Below are positions 56,626-64,000 of a stretch of 64,000 nucleotides of DNA, piece after piece; the first letter of the stretch is position 1; every line of letters starts with the position of its first letter. The position numbers and the translations under genes were made by a program. Origin of the DNA: an uncultured delta proteobacterium (lineage in GTDB: Bacteria > Myxococcota_A > Polyangia > Polyangiales > Polyangiaceae); contig CAVQUB010000034.1 in the NCBI GenBank assembly GCA_963716725.1, positions 119,281 through 183,280 of the forward strand. Direction: 5' to 3'. The notes beneath the pieces are model-generated. The model was not told where the DNA came from, did no database searches, and saw only the letters and a list, made by a program, of their open reading frames with translations.

Positions 56626-57669
56626 ATGCCCCCTTCGACCCCAACCGTTCGTCTGGAGTGGCCCGGCAAGAGCGCGAGTCGACCGGCATTGGCGGCGCGG
56701 CTCGAGCCGGCCCGCAGCGGCCACCCGGCCTGCATGCTGGTCCAGGGAGACAACCTGCTGGCGATGCGCGCGATGCGCGAGCGGCCGAGCGCTCGCTTCT
56801 CGCTGGTCTACCTCGATCCGCCGTTCTTCACCGGCCGGCAGCACGACCGCGTCGATCGCCGGCGCGATCCCGAGACCGGCAACGTGGTCCGACTGATGCG
56901 CCCTGCCTTCGACGACCGCTGGAACGGCCTGCACCACTACCTGGGCGAGCTCGGGCAGCGCATCGAGGCCGCGCGCGATCTGCTGGCCGCCGACGGCTGT
57001 CTCGTGGTTCACGTCGATCCCAAGACCAGCCACTACGCGAAGGTCATGTGCGACGAGGTGTTCGGGCCAGAGTGTTTCGCGAGCGAGATCGTCTGGCGCT
57101 ATCGGCGCTGGCCCGCGAAGACCAAGAACTTCCAGCGCGTACACGACGTGCTGCTGCGCTACGTGCGAGATCCAGACATCGAACCCAAGTTCCGACAGCT
57201 CTACGAGCCCTTGGCCCCGTCGACTCTCCAGACCTGGGGTGACCGCAAGCAGCGCGCCGTCGTCGGCAGCGACGGCCGTCGCACACGCTCGAGCCGGACC
57301 GAGGAGGCGACCCCTGGCGCCCCCATGGGGGACGTCTGGGAGATCGGGATCGTCGCGCCCATCGCCAAAGAACGCACCGGATATCCGACCCAGAAGCCCG
57401 AGGCGCTGCTGGAGCGATTGATCGAGGCCTGCACCGAGCCGGGCGATCTGGTGCTCGATCCCTACGCCGGCAGCGGGACCACGCTGGCGGTGAGCGCGCG
57501 GCTCGGACGCTTGTCGGTGGGCATAGACGCCGGCAGTGAGGCTCTGCGTGTGGCGCGTAAGCGCCTGCGAGCGCAGGGTCTGCGTCCCTTCGAAGAGCGC
57601 GTCGTGCTCGAGGCCCCGGGGCCAGCCAAGGCCAAGGCGGCGGCGCGCGCGGCGGCCCTCGCCGGCTGA
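56626..57669 (+). CDS. Site-specific DNA methyltransferase (N6A/N4C, beta class)
   Basis: GDNL, YLDPPF, YPTQKPE, VLDPYAGSGTT. Confidence 0.9.
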   Translation: MPPSTPTVRLEWPGKSASRPALAARLEPARSGHPACMLVQGDNLLAMRAMRERPSARFSLVYLDPPFFTGRQHDRVDRRRDPETGNVVRLMRPAFDDRWNGLHHYLGELGQRIEAARDLLAADGCLVVHVDPKTSHYAKVMCDEVFGPECFASEIVWRYRRWPAKTKNFQRVHDVLLRYVRDPDIEPKFRQLYEPLAPSTLQTWGDRKQRAVVGSDGRRTRSSRTEEATPGAPMGDVWEIGIVAPIAKERTGYPTQKPEALLERLIEACTEPGDLVLDPYAGSGTTLAVSARLGRLSVGIDAGSEALRVARKRLRAQGLRPFEERVVLEAPGPAKAKAAARAAALAG

Positions 57670-57690
57670 TCCGGTGGCAGGCTCCAAGTC

Positions 57691-58923
57691 GTGCGGTTCT
57701 TCCTTCCGAGCGGCGCCCAGGTCGAGCTGGGGTCGGGTGAGCCCCTGGATCTGCCGGGCGCCCTTGGCGACGAGCTGCGCGGCCTGCGGGCGACGCCGAG
57801 CAGGCCCCTCGACGACCTGTCGCTGGCCGATCTGCACGTGATCCGGGCCCTCGCGCGCAAACTCCGCTTGGTAGACGAAGGCGAAGTCGAGATCCGCTGC
57901 AGCAACTGCCGCGAAGAGATGCGAGTTCGGCCCTGCTCGGCCCTGGAGCTCGGGCCCTTCGTCGATGGTGAGCTCGACGATCCCGAGCTGGATGCTGGCT
58001 TCGACTTCTCGCGCTCCTACCCGGTGCCGGCGGTTCGGGCGGGATCGCCGAGCGACGAATGCGAGGTGAGGCTCGCTCCTCGAAACGTCGCGGAGGCACG
58101 GCCACTGCACGAGGCCGTAGTGAGCGACAGGCCGCTGCGAATCACGTCGAAGGTCGCAATCGGCATGGGCGTGGTGGAGCTCGATGGCGAGAAGCATCCC
58201 AAGAGGATCGCGCGACTGCTCGCCCAGGCGCCGGACTCGGCCTTCGAGAGCATCGCGGCGCTGTTCGAGGACGCACACTACCCAGCGCGTCTCGACGTGC
58301 CGCACCTTTGCCCGAGTTGCGGCGTCACGGAGTGGCTGTCGGTACCGCTGTCGCGCGAGCTCGGGCTCGAGCCGCCCGCGGGCGTCGGCGCACCGCTGTC
58401 GCCAGACGACGCGGCTTTCATGAGCGTGGACGAATTCGAGTCGATCGTGCGAGCTGAGGCCGAGCGCGCCTACTCCGACTTGAAGATCTGGCAGATCGAT
58501 CTCAGCGTGATCGAAGGTCCCGCTGAGGTCGACGACGGCGGCGAGCCGCTCTTGGGCTGTTACCGTCCGCCGGATCCGGAGGGCTTGGTGCCCCGACCCG
58601 CTGAGATTCGGCTGTTTTTTCGGACTTTTGCCAACATTGCCCACGACGAAGGGCCCTACGACGTCGAGAGTGAGGTGCGGGAAACGCTCCGGCACGAGCT
58701 CGAGCACCACTTGGCTCATCTCGCGGGTGACGACCCCGTCGACGACGAGGAGCACGCGGAAATCCACCGCGAGCGTTCGCGGCGGGTGGGCCAGAAAGAG
58801 GTCGCACGACGCGCCGCGCGCGGGCTTTCGTCCGAGCTCCGCGCCTTCTTCTCCCGGACCTGGTGGGTGTGGGCCATCGCGCTCGTGGCGACACTGCTCG
58901 CTGCGCTCGCCCAGTCGCGCTAG
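57691..58923 (+). CDS. Protein with two CxxC motifs, minimal zincin domain and C-terminal TM
   Basis: CSNC, CPSC; LLGCY...IRLFFRTF...ETLRHELEHH. Confidence 0.75.
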   Translation: MRFFLPSGAQVELGSGEPLDLPGALGDELRGLRATPSRPLDDLSLADLHVIRALARKLRLVDEGEVEIRCSNCREEMRVRPCSALELGPFVDGELDDPELDAGFDFSRSYPVPAVRAGSPSDECEVRLAPRNVAEARPLHEAVVSDRPLRITSKVAIGMGVVELDGEKHPKRIARLLAQAPDSAFESIAALFEDAHYPARLDVPHLCPSCGVTEWLSVPLSRELGLEPPAGVGAPLSPDDAAFMSVDEFESIVRAEAERAYSDLKIWQIDLSVIEGPAEVDDGGEPLLGCYRPPDPEGLVPRPAEIRLFFRTFANIAHDEGPYDVESEVRETLRHELEHHLAHLAGDDPVDDEEHAEIHRERSRRVGQKEVARRAARGLSSELRAFFSRTWWVWAIALVATLLAALAQSR

Positions 58924-58932
58924 CTTCAGCGG

Positions 58933-59436
58933 GTGCCGAGAAAGGTCGAGCCCTCCGTCCCCGCCAACAAACGCGGCAGCCCCGAGGCCATCGACAAGCG
59001 CCGCTCGGCCCGCTCCTTCAACGAGCTGCTCGACCCCACCGGATCGTCGCGCCTCGACGGGCGCACGGAGCAACGCCGCCGCCGCTTGTTGCTGGAGCTC
59101 GAGTCGGGCAAGGCGCGCGGCTCTGGCCGACCGCTCAAGCCCGTGGACGTGCTCTCACACGTCACCGAGCTCTTGGATCTGGGCGAGGGCCTCGCGAGCA
59201 TTCGCAAGGTCTGCCGCCCGCGTCCCGCGCCGCAGGTCGATCCTCGCTTCATCGAGTCACTGGTGCGCCTGCATCGCGCCTACGGCTTTCCCAAGGAGGC
59301 CTACGCCTTCGTCGGGATCTCCGACGAAACGCTGAAGCGCGCAGGCATCTTGGGGTCGCGGGCGGCGAAGCGAAGCGCCGACCCGGAACCTGCCCCTTTC
59401 GGGGTCTCGACGCGACGCCGGCGGGCGGAATCGTGA
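58933..59436 (+). CDS. Hypothetical protein
   Basis: ORF in operon context. Confidence 0.6.
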   Translation: MPRKVEPSVPANKRGSPEAIDKRRSARSFNELLDPTGSSRLDGRTEQRRRRLLLELESGKARGSGRPLKPVDVLSHVTELLDLGEGLASIRKVCRPRPAPQVDPRFIESLVRLHRAYGFPKEAYAFVGISDETLKRAGILGSRAAKRSADPEPAPFGVSTRRRRAES

Positions 59437-59485
59437 GCGGCGCGCTTGCCGGCACCCAAACGCTCTTCTAAGAAGGGGGCGTCGC

Positions 59486-60478
59486 ATGCGCCATCCGGTC
59501 GCCCTCGCCTTGGCCCTCGCGGCCAGCACGGCCCTCGCCCAGACCCCGTCCGAGCCCGGGGCCAAGGCCGAGGTCGCGGTGACGGTAGGCTCGAGCACGC
59601 TCTCGGTGGCCGAGGTGGAGCGGCGACTGAGCGCGATCCCGCCCTTTCAGCTCCAACAGTTCGGCAAGACCCCGGCCGAGATCAAGAAGCGGTTCGTGGA
59701 GACTATTCTGGTCCCGGAGCTGCTCGCGGTCGAGGAGGCTCGTCGGCGCGAGGTCGAGAAGTCTCCGGCAACGCGCGACCGAATCCGCGACGCCCTGCGA
59801 CAGGCGATGGAGGCCGAGCTTCGGGAAGCGGCCAACAGCGTCTCGCTCGACGAGATCAAGTCGTACTACGACCAGAACAAGCATCGCTTCAACACGCCAC
59901 GCCGATTGAAGCTCTGGCGCATCTTGGTGCGCGACGAGGCCACAGCGAAGAAGATCTTGACCAGCGTGAAGGGGGAAGAGACCAAGGCCACCGAGCACTG
60001 GAACCGGAGCGCGCGCGAGGCCTCGGTCGACAAGTCCACGAACATGCGCGACGGGGACCTCGGCTTCGTGATGCCCGACGGGCAGACAGAAATGCCGCAG
60101 CTCCGTGTCGATCCCGCGCTCTTTGCCGCCGCCGACAAAGTGAAAGACGGCGAACTGGTTCAGGAACCCGTGAAAGAGGGCGAGAACTGGGCGGTGGTCT
60201 GGCGTCGCGGCAGCCTCGAGGCGGTCAACCGCACGCTCGCCCAGGAGGGGCCGGCCATCCGCCAGCTGCTGTCCCGGGAGAAGATCATCGGCCTGTCGAA
60301 CGATCTCGCCAAGAATCTCGAAGGCGACTTGGTCAAGAACGTGAACTACGAGCTCGTGAAATACATCAACGTCGATCCGTCCGGAGACGTCGGTGGGCGC
60401 CAAAGGCCGGGAGTGGTGCCGCGCCACCGCCCCCAGAACCCGGGCACGCCCCACCGCGACGAACGCGGCCTGCGCTGA
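59486..60478 (+). CDS. PpiC/parvulin-type peptidyl-prolyl isomerase (PrsA/SurA-like)
   Basis: Signal peptide; AREASVD...DGDLGF; KDGELVQEPV. Confidence 0.8.
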   Translation: MRHPVALALALAASTALAQTPSEPGAKAEVAVTVGSSTLSVAEVERRLSAIPPFQLQQFGKTPAEIKKRFVETILVPELLAVEEARRREVEKSPATRDRIRDALRQAMEAELREAANSVSLDEIKSYYDQNKHRFNTPRRLKLWRILVRDEATAKKILTSVKGEETKATEHWNRSAREASVDKSTNMRDGDLGFVMPDGQTEMPQLRVDPALFAAADKVKDGELVQEPVKEGENWAVVWRRGSLEAVNRTLAQEGPAIRQLLSREKIIGLSNDLAKNLEGDLVKNVNYELVKYINVDPSGDVGGRQRPGVVPRHRPQNPGTPHRDERGLR

Positions 60479-60481
60479 CGA

Positions 60482-60898
60482 TCACTTCCCGGGCAGCGGG
60501 AAGCCGAGCTGCTTGAGGACACCACGCAGCACCCGCTCTTCGTCGCGGGCGCGCTGGTGGTAGACCAAGAAGCGCTGCGGGTTGCCGTCCTTCGCCGCCT
60601 CGGCTGCCCGTTCGTGGTTCTCGAGCACCAAGAGCAGGTGTGGGTGCGCTTGGGCGGCCTCTTTGGGTACCGTCATGCCGCTCGCAGCTTTGACGCGAGC
60701 CTCGGCCACCGCGTGGATCACGCGCCCGAGCTCGCGATCGGACAGGCGCGCGCGCAGATACTCCGAGTCGTGGTCGGCCTGGTTCACCAGCAGCGCGAGT
60801 CGATCGAGGTAGCTGCCGGCCGCCGCCGAGGTGGCGAAAGCCAAGAGCGCCATCGCCAGCATCGACCCGACGAAAGCACGGCGCGTCGTCGTCATCAT
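60482..60898 (-). CDS. Secreted hypothetical protein
   Basis: RRAF-containing (Tat-like) signal peptide; 4-bp overlap with rnc. Confidence 0.65.
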   Translation of the reverse strand: MMTTTRRAFVGSMLAMALLAFATSAAAGSYLDRLALLVNQADHDSEYLRARLSDRELGRVIHAVAEARVKAASGMTVPKEAAQAHPHLLLVLENHERAAEAAKDGNPQRFLVYHQRARDEERVLRGVLKQLGFPLPGK

Positions 60899-61584
60899 GG
60901 CTCCACCTTCTCGACCCAGCTCGGGTCGCTGAGCGCGGCGCGAGCGGCGGCAAACTCTGCTGCCCGCTTGGAACGTCCTCGTCCGCGACCGATCTCTCGA
61001 GGCCCCACCCGCGCGCTGACCTCGAACCAGCGATCGTGCGCCGGGCCACCGCTGTCCACCACGTCGTAACGCGGGGTGTCGCTCCGCACCGCCTGCACAC
61101 GTTCCTGGAGCTCGCTCTTCGGATCGCGGGTCTCGCCGGCGTCCATCTGTTCCAGCTGCGGCACCAGGATGCCCTCGCAGGCTTTTCGCGCGGCGCCGAG
61201 GCCGGCGTCGAGATAGGTGGCTGCCACCAGGGCCTCGACCGCGTCGGCGAGCACGTTGGTGCTTCCTCGAAGGCCACTCGACTCCGCGCCGCGCCCGAGC
61301 AAGAGCGCCTCGGCAACGTCGTTGTCGCGAGCCCAGTTGGCGAGGGCCTCTGCGTTCACCAGGCGCGCCCGCAGGCGCGTGAGCGAACCCTCGTCGGCGT
61401 CGGGGAAGCGCTCGTAGAGCAGCTCGCTCGCGCAGAGACCGAGCACCGCGTCACCGAGAAACTCGAGTCGCTGGTTGTCCGCCTCACCGCGCTGCTCGTT
61501 GGCGAAGCTCGGGTGGGTGAGGGCCTGCTTGAGATGCGGCGCCTCCTCGCTGAGGCCAAACCTGACTGCGATTTCCGTGTGCAT
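60895..61584 (-). CDS. rnc: Ribonuclease III
   Basis: ALTHPS, NQRLEFLGDAVL, ADAVEALVAA, dsRBD DPKSELQE...GRSKRAAE. Confidence 0.96.
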   Translation of the reverse strand: MHTEIAVRFGLSEEAPHLKQALTHPSFANEQRGEADNQRLEFLGDAVLGLCASELLYERFPDADEGSLTRLRARLVNAEALANWARDNDVAEALLLGRGAESSGLRGSTNVLADAVEALVAATYLDAGLGAARKACEGILVPQLEQMDAGETRDPKSELQERVQAVRSDTPRYDVVDSGGPAHDRWFEVSARVGPREIGRGRGRSKRAAEFAAARAALSDPSWVEKVEP

Positions 61585-61709
61585 CGTCACCGCGAAGGCC
61601 AAGGTGTAGCGAAACTGCCCGAAAAGTCACCCCATGACGCCCGGGAACCTGAGCGCCCCGCGGCTGTCGATTCTCGACAATGGGATATGCTCTCGCGGTG
61701 GCCCGCCTC

Positions 61710-62366
61710 ATGGCTTGCCCGTTTTGTCGGGAGCTCTTCCCCGAAGGGGAGACCCAGTCGTGCCCGGAGTGCGGCGTTTCGCTGCAATCCATGTCCAAGT
61801 TGCCCCCGAGCCAGGAGGCCCTGGCGGAGGAGGTAGAGGAGGGACAGATCACGCCTCCGGAGCACCGCGAGCTGCCCTGGAATTATTTCGGCCGTGGGCG
61901 GGGTGCCCTGCTCGTCCTTGCAGTGCTCGGGCTCGTCGCCTTCTTCTCGCCGTGGGTAACGGTGACCGCTCCGACCGACATGACCCTCAGCGGCTTCGAC
62001 CTCGCCCGGGGACGCGCCGGTTGGCTGTGGGGTGGCGCCGTGGGCTGGTTCACGATGATCCCGCTGGTCTGGACTCGGCGCACCATCGCGAAGATGCGCG
62101 GCGTCCGAATCGTCGCCGTCGCGTTTGCGGCGCTGACGTTGATCGAGGTGGGCATGATGCTCTCGATGCCTCCGCAGAGCAGTCGGCTTCGTCCGGTGGA
62201 GCTGGCCTGGGGCTTCGGTATCTACGCGAGCGCAATCTTCTCGGTCATCGGCGTCGCCGTCGCCACCAGATTTGGCGGGCGACTCGACGACCTGCCAGCG
62301 GTCCCGTGGCACGACGGTCACGGCCGGCGCCAGCGTGAATCGAGCGAGGGCGAAACGCTGCACTGA
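61710..62366 (+). CDS. Zinc-ribbon membrane protein
   Basis: CPFC...CPEC followed by 4 TM segments. Confidence 0.7.
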   Translation: MACPFCRELFPEGETQSCPECGVSLQSMSKLPPSQEALAEEVEEGQITPPEHRELPWNYFGRGRGALLVLAVLGLVAFFSPWVTVTAPTDMTLSGFDLARGRAGWLWGGAVGWFTMIPLVWTRRTIAKMRGVRIVAVAFAALTLIEVGMMLSMPPQSSRLRPVELAWGFGIYASAIFSVIGVAVATRFGGRLDDLPAVPWHDGHGRRQRESSEGETLH

Positions 62367-62406
62367 CCTCGTCCTCGCGAAGCCCGGCCAACCGTGCTAC
62401 CGCTGG

Positions 62407-63255
62407 GTGGTGCGGAATTCGGGAGCTCGGGATGCTCCGGGGGGACCCGCGGAGCGCGCGGCCGCAGCGGAGAGCGACGCTGCGCTCGAGTTGGTCGAAG
62501 TCCCGGCCACGGTGGTCTGCGCCATGTGCGGCGATCCGTCATGCACAGGCGACTGTCAGCTCGACGAAACCACGCAGACGTCGGGCGTCGTGGCCATCGT
62601 GCCTTGGGAGCGCCCGGGCTCGACGGCGGGTCGCCTGTGGGGAACCGCCAGGCAGGCCACCGTCAGCTCCGAGGCGTTCTTCGGCGCGCTGCCCGACGGA
62701 GACATCGCCGGGCCGCTGCGCTTCGCGCTGCTGGCCGAGTCCCTGGCAGTGCTGGGGATGGCCGTCGTCGCGGTTCCGGTCGTGCTGGCGTTCGCGCCCT
62801 GGCTCTTCGAGGCCATCGGCCGTGACCCCTGGCTGCGCGCCTGGCTGGGTCGGCTGCTCGGCTTCGGCATGCCGGGCCTGGCGCTGCTCATGGTCGTCCT
62901 GCACACGGTTCACGGCCTCAGCCTGGATCTGGGCGCTCGGCGCGTCGGCGCGCGACCACGCACCGCTCGCGGGCTGCGCTTCGGGCTTTACTCCTGCGGG
63001 TGGGATCTCTTGACCCTGCCGGCCGGGGTGGCTGCGCTGGCGGTGACCGATGGGTTCCGCGCGGCGCGGCGGGCGCTTCCAATGTCACTGACCGTCCCGA
63101 AGCTGGCCTCCCGCGCCTTCCTGCGCGGGGTCTACCAACTCGACGAAGACGCCTGTCGACTCGCGTCGCGCCGAGCCATGTGGATCGCAGCCGCCGCTGC
63201 GTTGATGGCGTGCGGGACGTTTGGCGCAGCGCTGGTCGCGCTAGTGCTCTTCTAG
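62407..63255 (+). CDS. Hypothetical membrane protein with Cys motif
   Basis: CAMCGDPSC, VPWERP, several TM segments; start approximate. Confidence 0.65.
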   Translation: MVRNSGARDAPGGPAERAAAAESDAALELVEVPATVVCAMCGDPSCTGDCQLDETTQTSGVVAIVPWERPGSTAGRLWGTARQATVSSEAFFGALPDGDIAGPLRFALLAESLAVLGMAVVAVPVVLAFAPWLFEAIGRDPWLRAWLGRLLGFGMPGLALLMVVLHTVHGLSLDLGARRVGARPRTARGLRFGLYSCGWDLLTLPAGVAALAVTDGFRAARRALPMSLTVPKLASRAFLRGVYQLDEDACRLASRRAMWIAAAAALMACGTFGAALVALVLF

Positions 63256-64000
63256 AACATCGCGCCGAGCTCGAGCGCGATCGTCCACTGGCGCGGCGTT
63301 CCGTCGAGGTCTGCCTTGTCGGCGTCGGAGTTCTGCGCGTCGGCCGGATCGACGATGTCGGTGATGAATTGGCCGCCCACCATGACCATCTCGTACCGGT
63401 AGTTCAGCCCGAACATCAGGCGCTGGCGCTCGAGGCGCACCTTCTTGAACACGGTATTGTTGTTGAAGTCGAGCGGGGACCCGCCGGCGCAGATCGGTTG
63501 GCCGTCGTAGACGCCCGCGGCCTTGCTGGGATCTTGGTTGCCCGGGAGGTTGGCGCCGGCGTAGTTGCAGTAACCGACCGGATCGGTCGCGGGCGTCAGG
63601 TCGACGAGGCCCGAGTCACCGAACATCCACAGGTACTGGTAGCCGATGTAGGGGGTGATCACCGACGAATCCGCGATGGGAAGCGGCTTGGAGATCTGCA
63701 CGTCTAGACCCGCCACCGTGAGCTGGAACTGCGGTGTCCCGGTGATGGTGCGGACGCCGCCGCCCACGGCGAGGTCCGGCAAGATGCCGGGCAGGCCGCT
63801 GCGAAAGCCCTCGAGCAGCGACACGCGAACATCGGCGCCGCCAGAGACGATGCTGGTGTTGGGCATGAAGCCCACTTGACCCGCGACCTCGAAGCCAAAG
63901 CCAAAGCTCTTGCGGAGCTTGAGCGAGTACAGGGTCAGGATATCCGACGGGCTCTTGTTCTGAATCGACGCCTTCTTGGTGTTGGGGTCGATCTTGCCCT
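63252..64000 (-). CDS. Outer-membrane beta-barrel-like protein, 3' part (runs off the window)
   Basis: Alternating beta strands and terminal Phe (LELGAMF). Confidence 0.6.
   Translation of the reverse strand, partial: GKIDPNTKKASIQNKSPSDILTLYSLKLRKSFGFGFEVAGQVGFMPNTSIVSGGADVRVSLLEGFRSGLPGILPDLAVGGGVRTITGTPQFQLTVAGLDVQISKPLPIADSSVITPYIGYQYLWMFGDSGLVDLTPATDPVGYCNYAGANLPGNQDPSKAAGVYDGQPICAGGSPLDFNNNTVFKKVRLERQRLMFGLNYRYEMVMVGGQFITDIVDPADAQNSDADKADLDGTPRQWTIALELGAMF

Noticed and set aside
1..64000. tRNA or rRNA genes
   Set aside because: No cloverleaf with T-loop GTTCGA and CCA end, and no rRNA-like sequence noticed; a tRNAscan run would be needed to exclude them fully.

Overview
GC-rich bacterial chromosome segment. 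The gene content (vWA lipoprotein, AgmX/PglI-type domain, CarD/CdnL, Cys-rich lipoproteins) points to a myxobacterium, probably Polyangiales-like; this assignment is inferred. Housekeeping-type blocks at about 1-19.4 kb and 41.8-64 kb (GST, radical SAM, chorismate mutase, purC, thiolase, coaD, ppx, carD, trpS, rnc) flank a roughly 22 kb hypervariable locus (19.35-41.8 kb) that starts at the 3' end of purC and surrounds tex. The locus is an array of integron-type gene cassettes with at least 8 recognisable attC-like sites and no integrase in the window. Cargo includes toxin-antitoxin pairs, a TIR protein, DUF3800, a DUF1828 pair and immunity-like proteins. The array is punctuated by a repeated module: half attC site + small DUF559 endonuclease gene + about 310 nt conserved structured leader + a copy of the purC 3' end. 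It also holds IS remnants and a copy of part of tex differing only at synonymous sites. Outside the array there is a candidate pseudoknotted ncRNA (51.6-51.8 kb), an unannotated histone-like small ORF and a probable tamA/tamB deletion scar. Four core genes carry frameshifts that are probably sequencing indels. All family names come from motif recognition by eye; no database searches were run.
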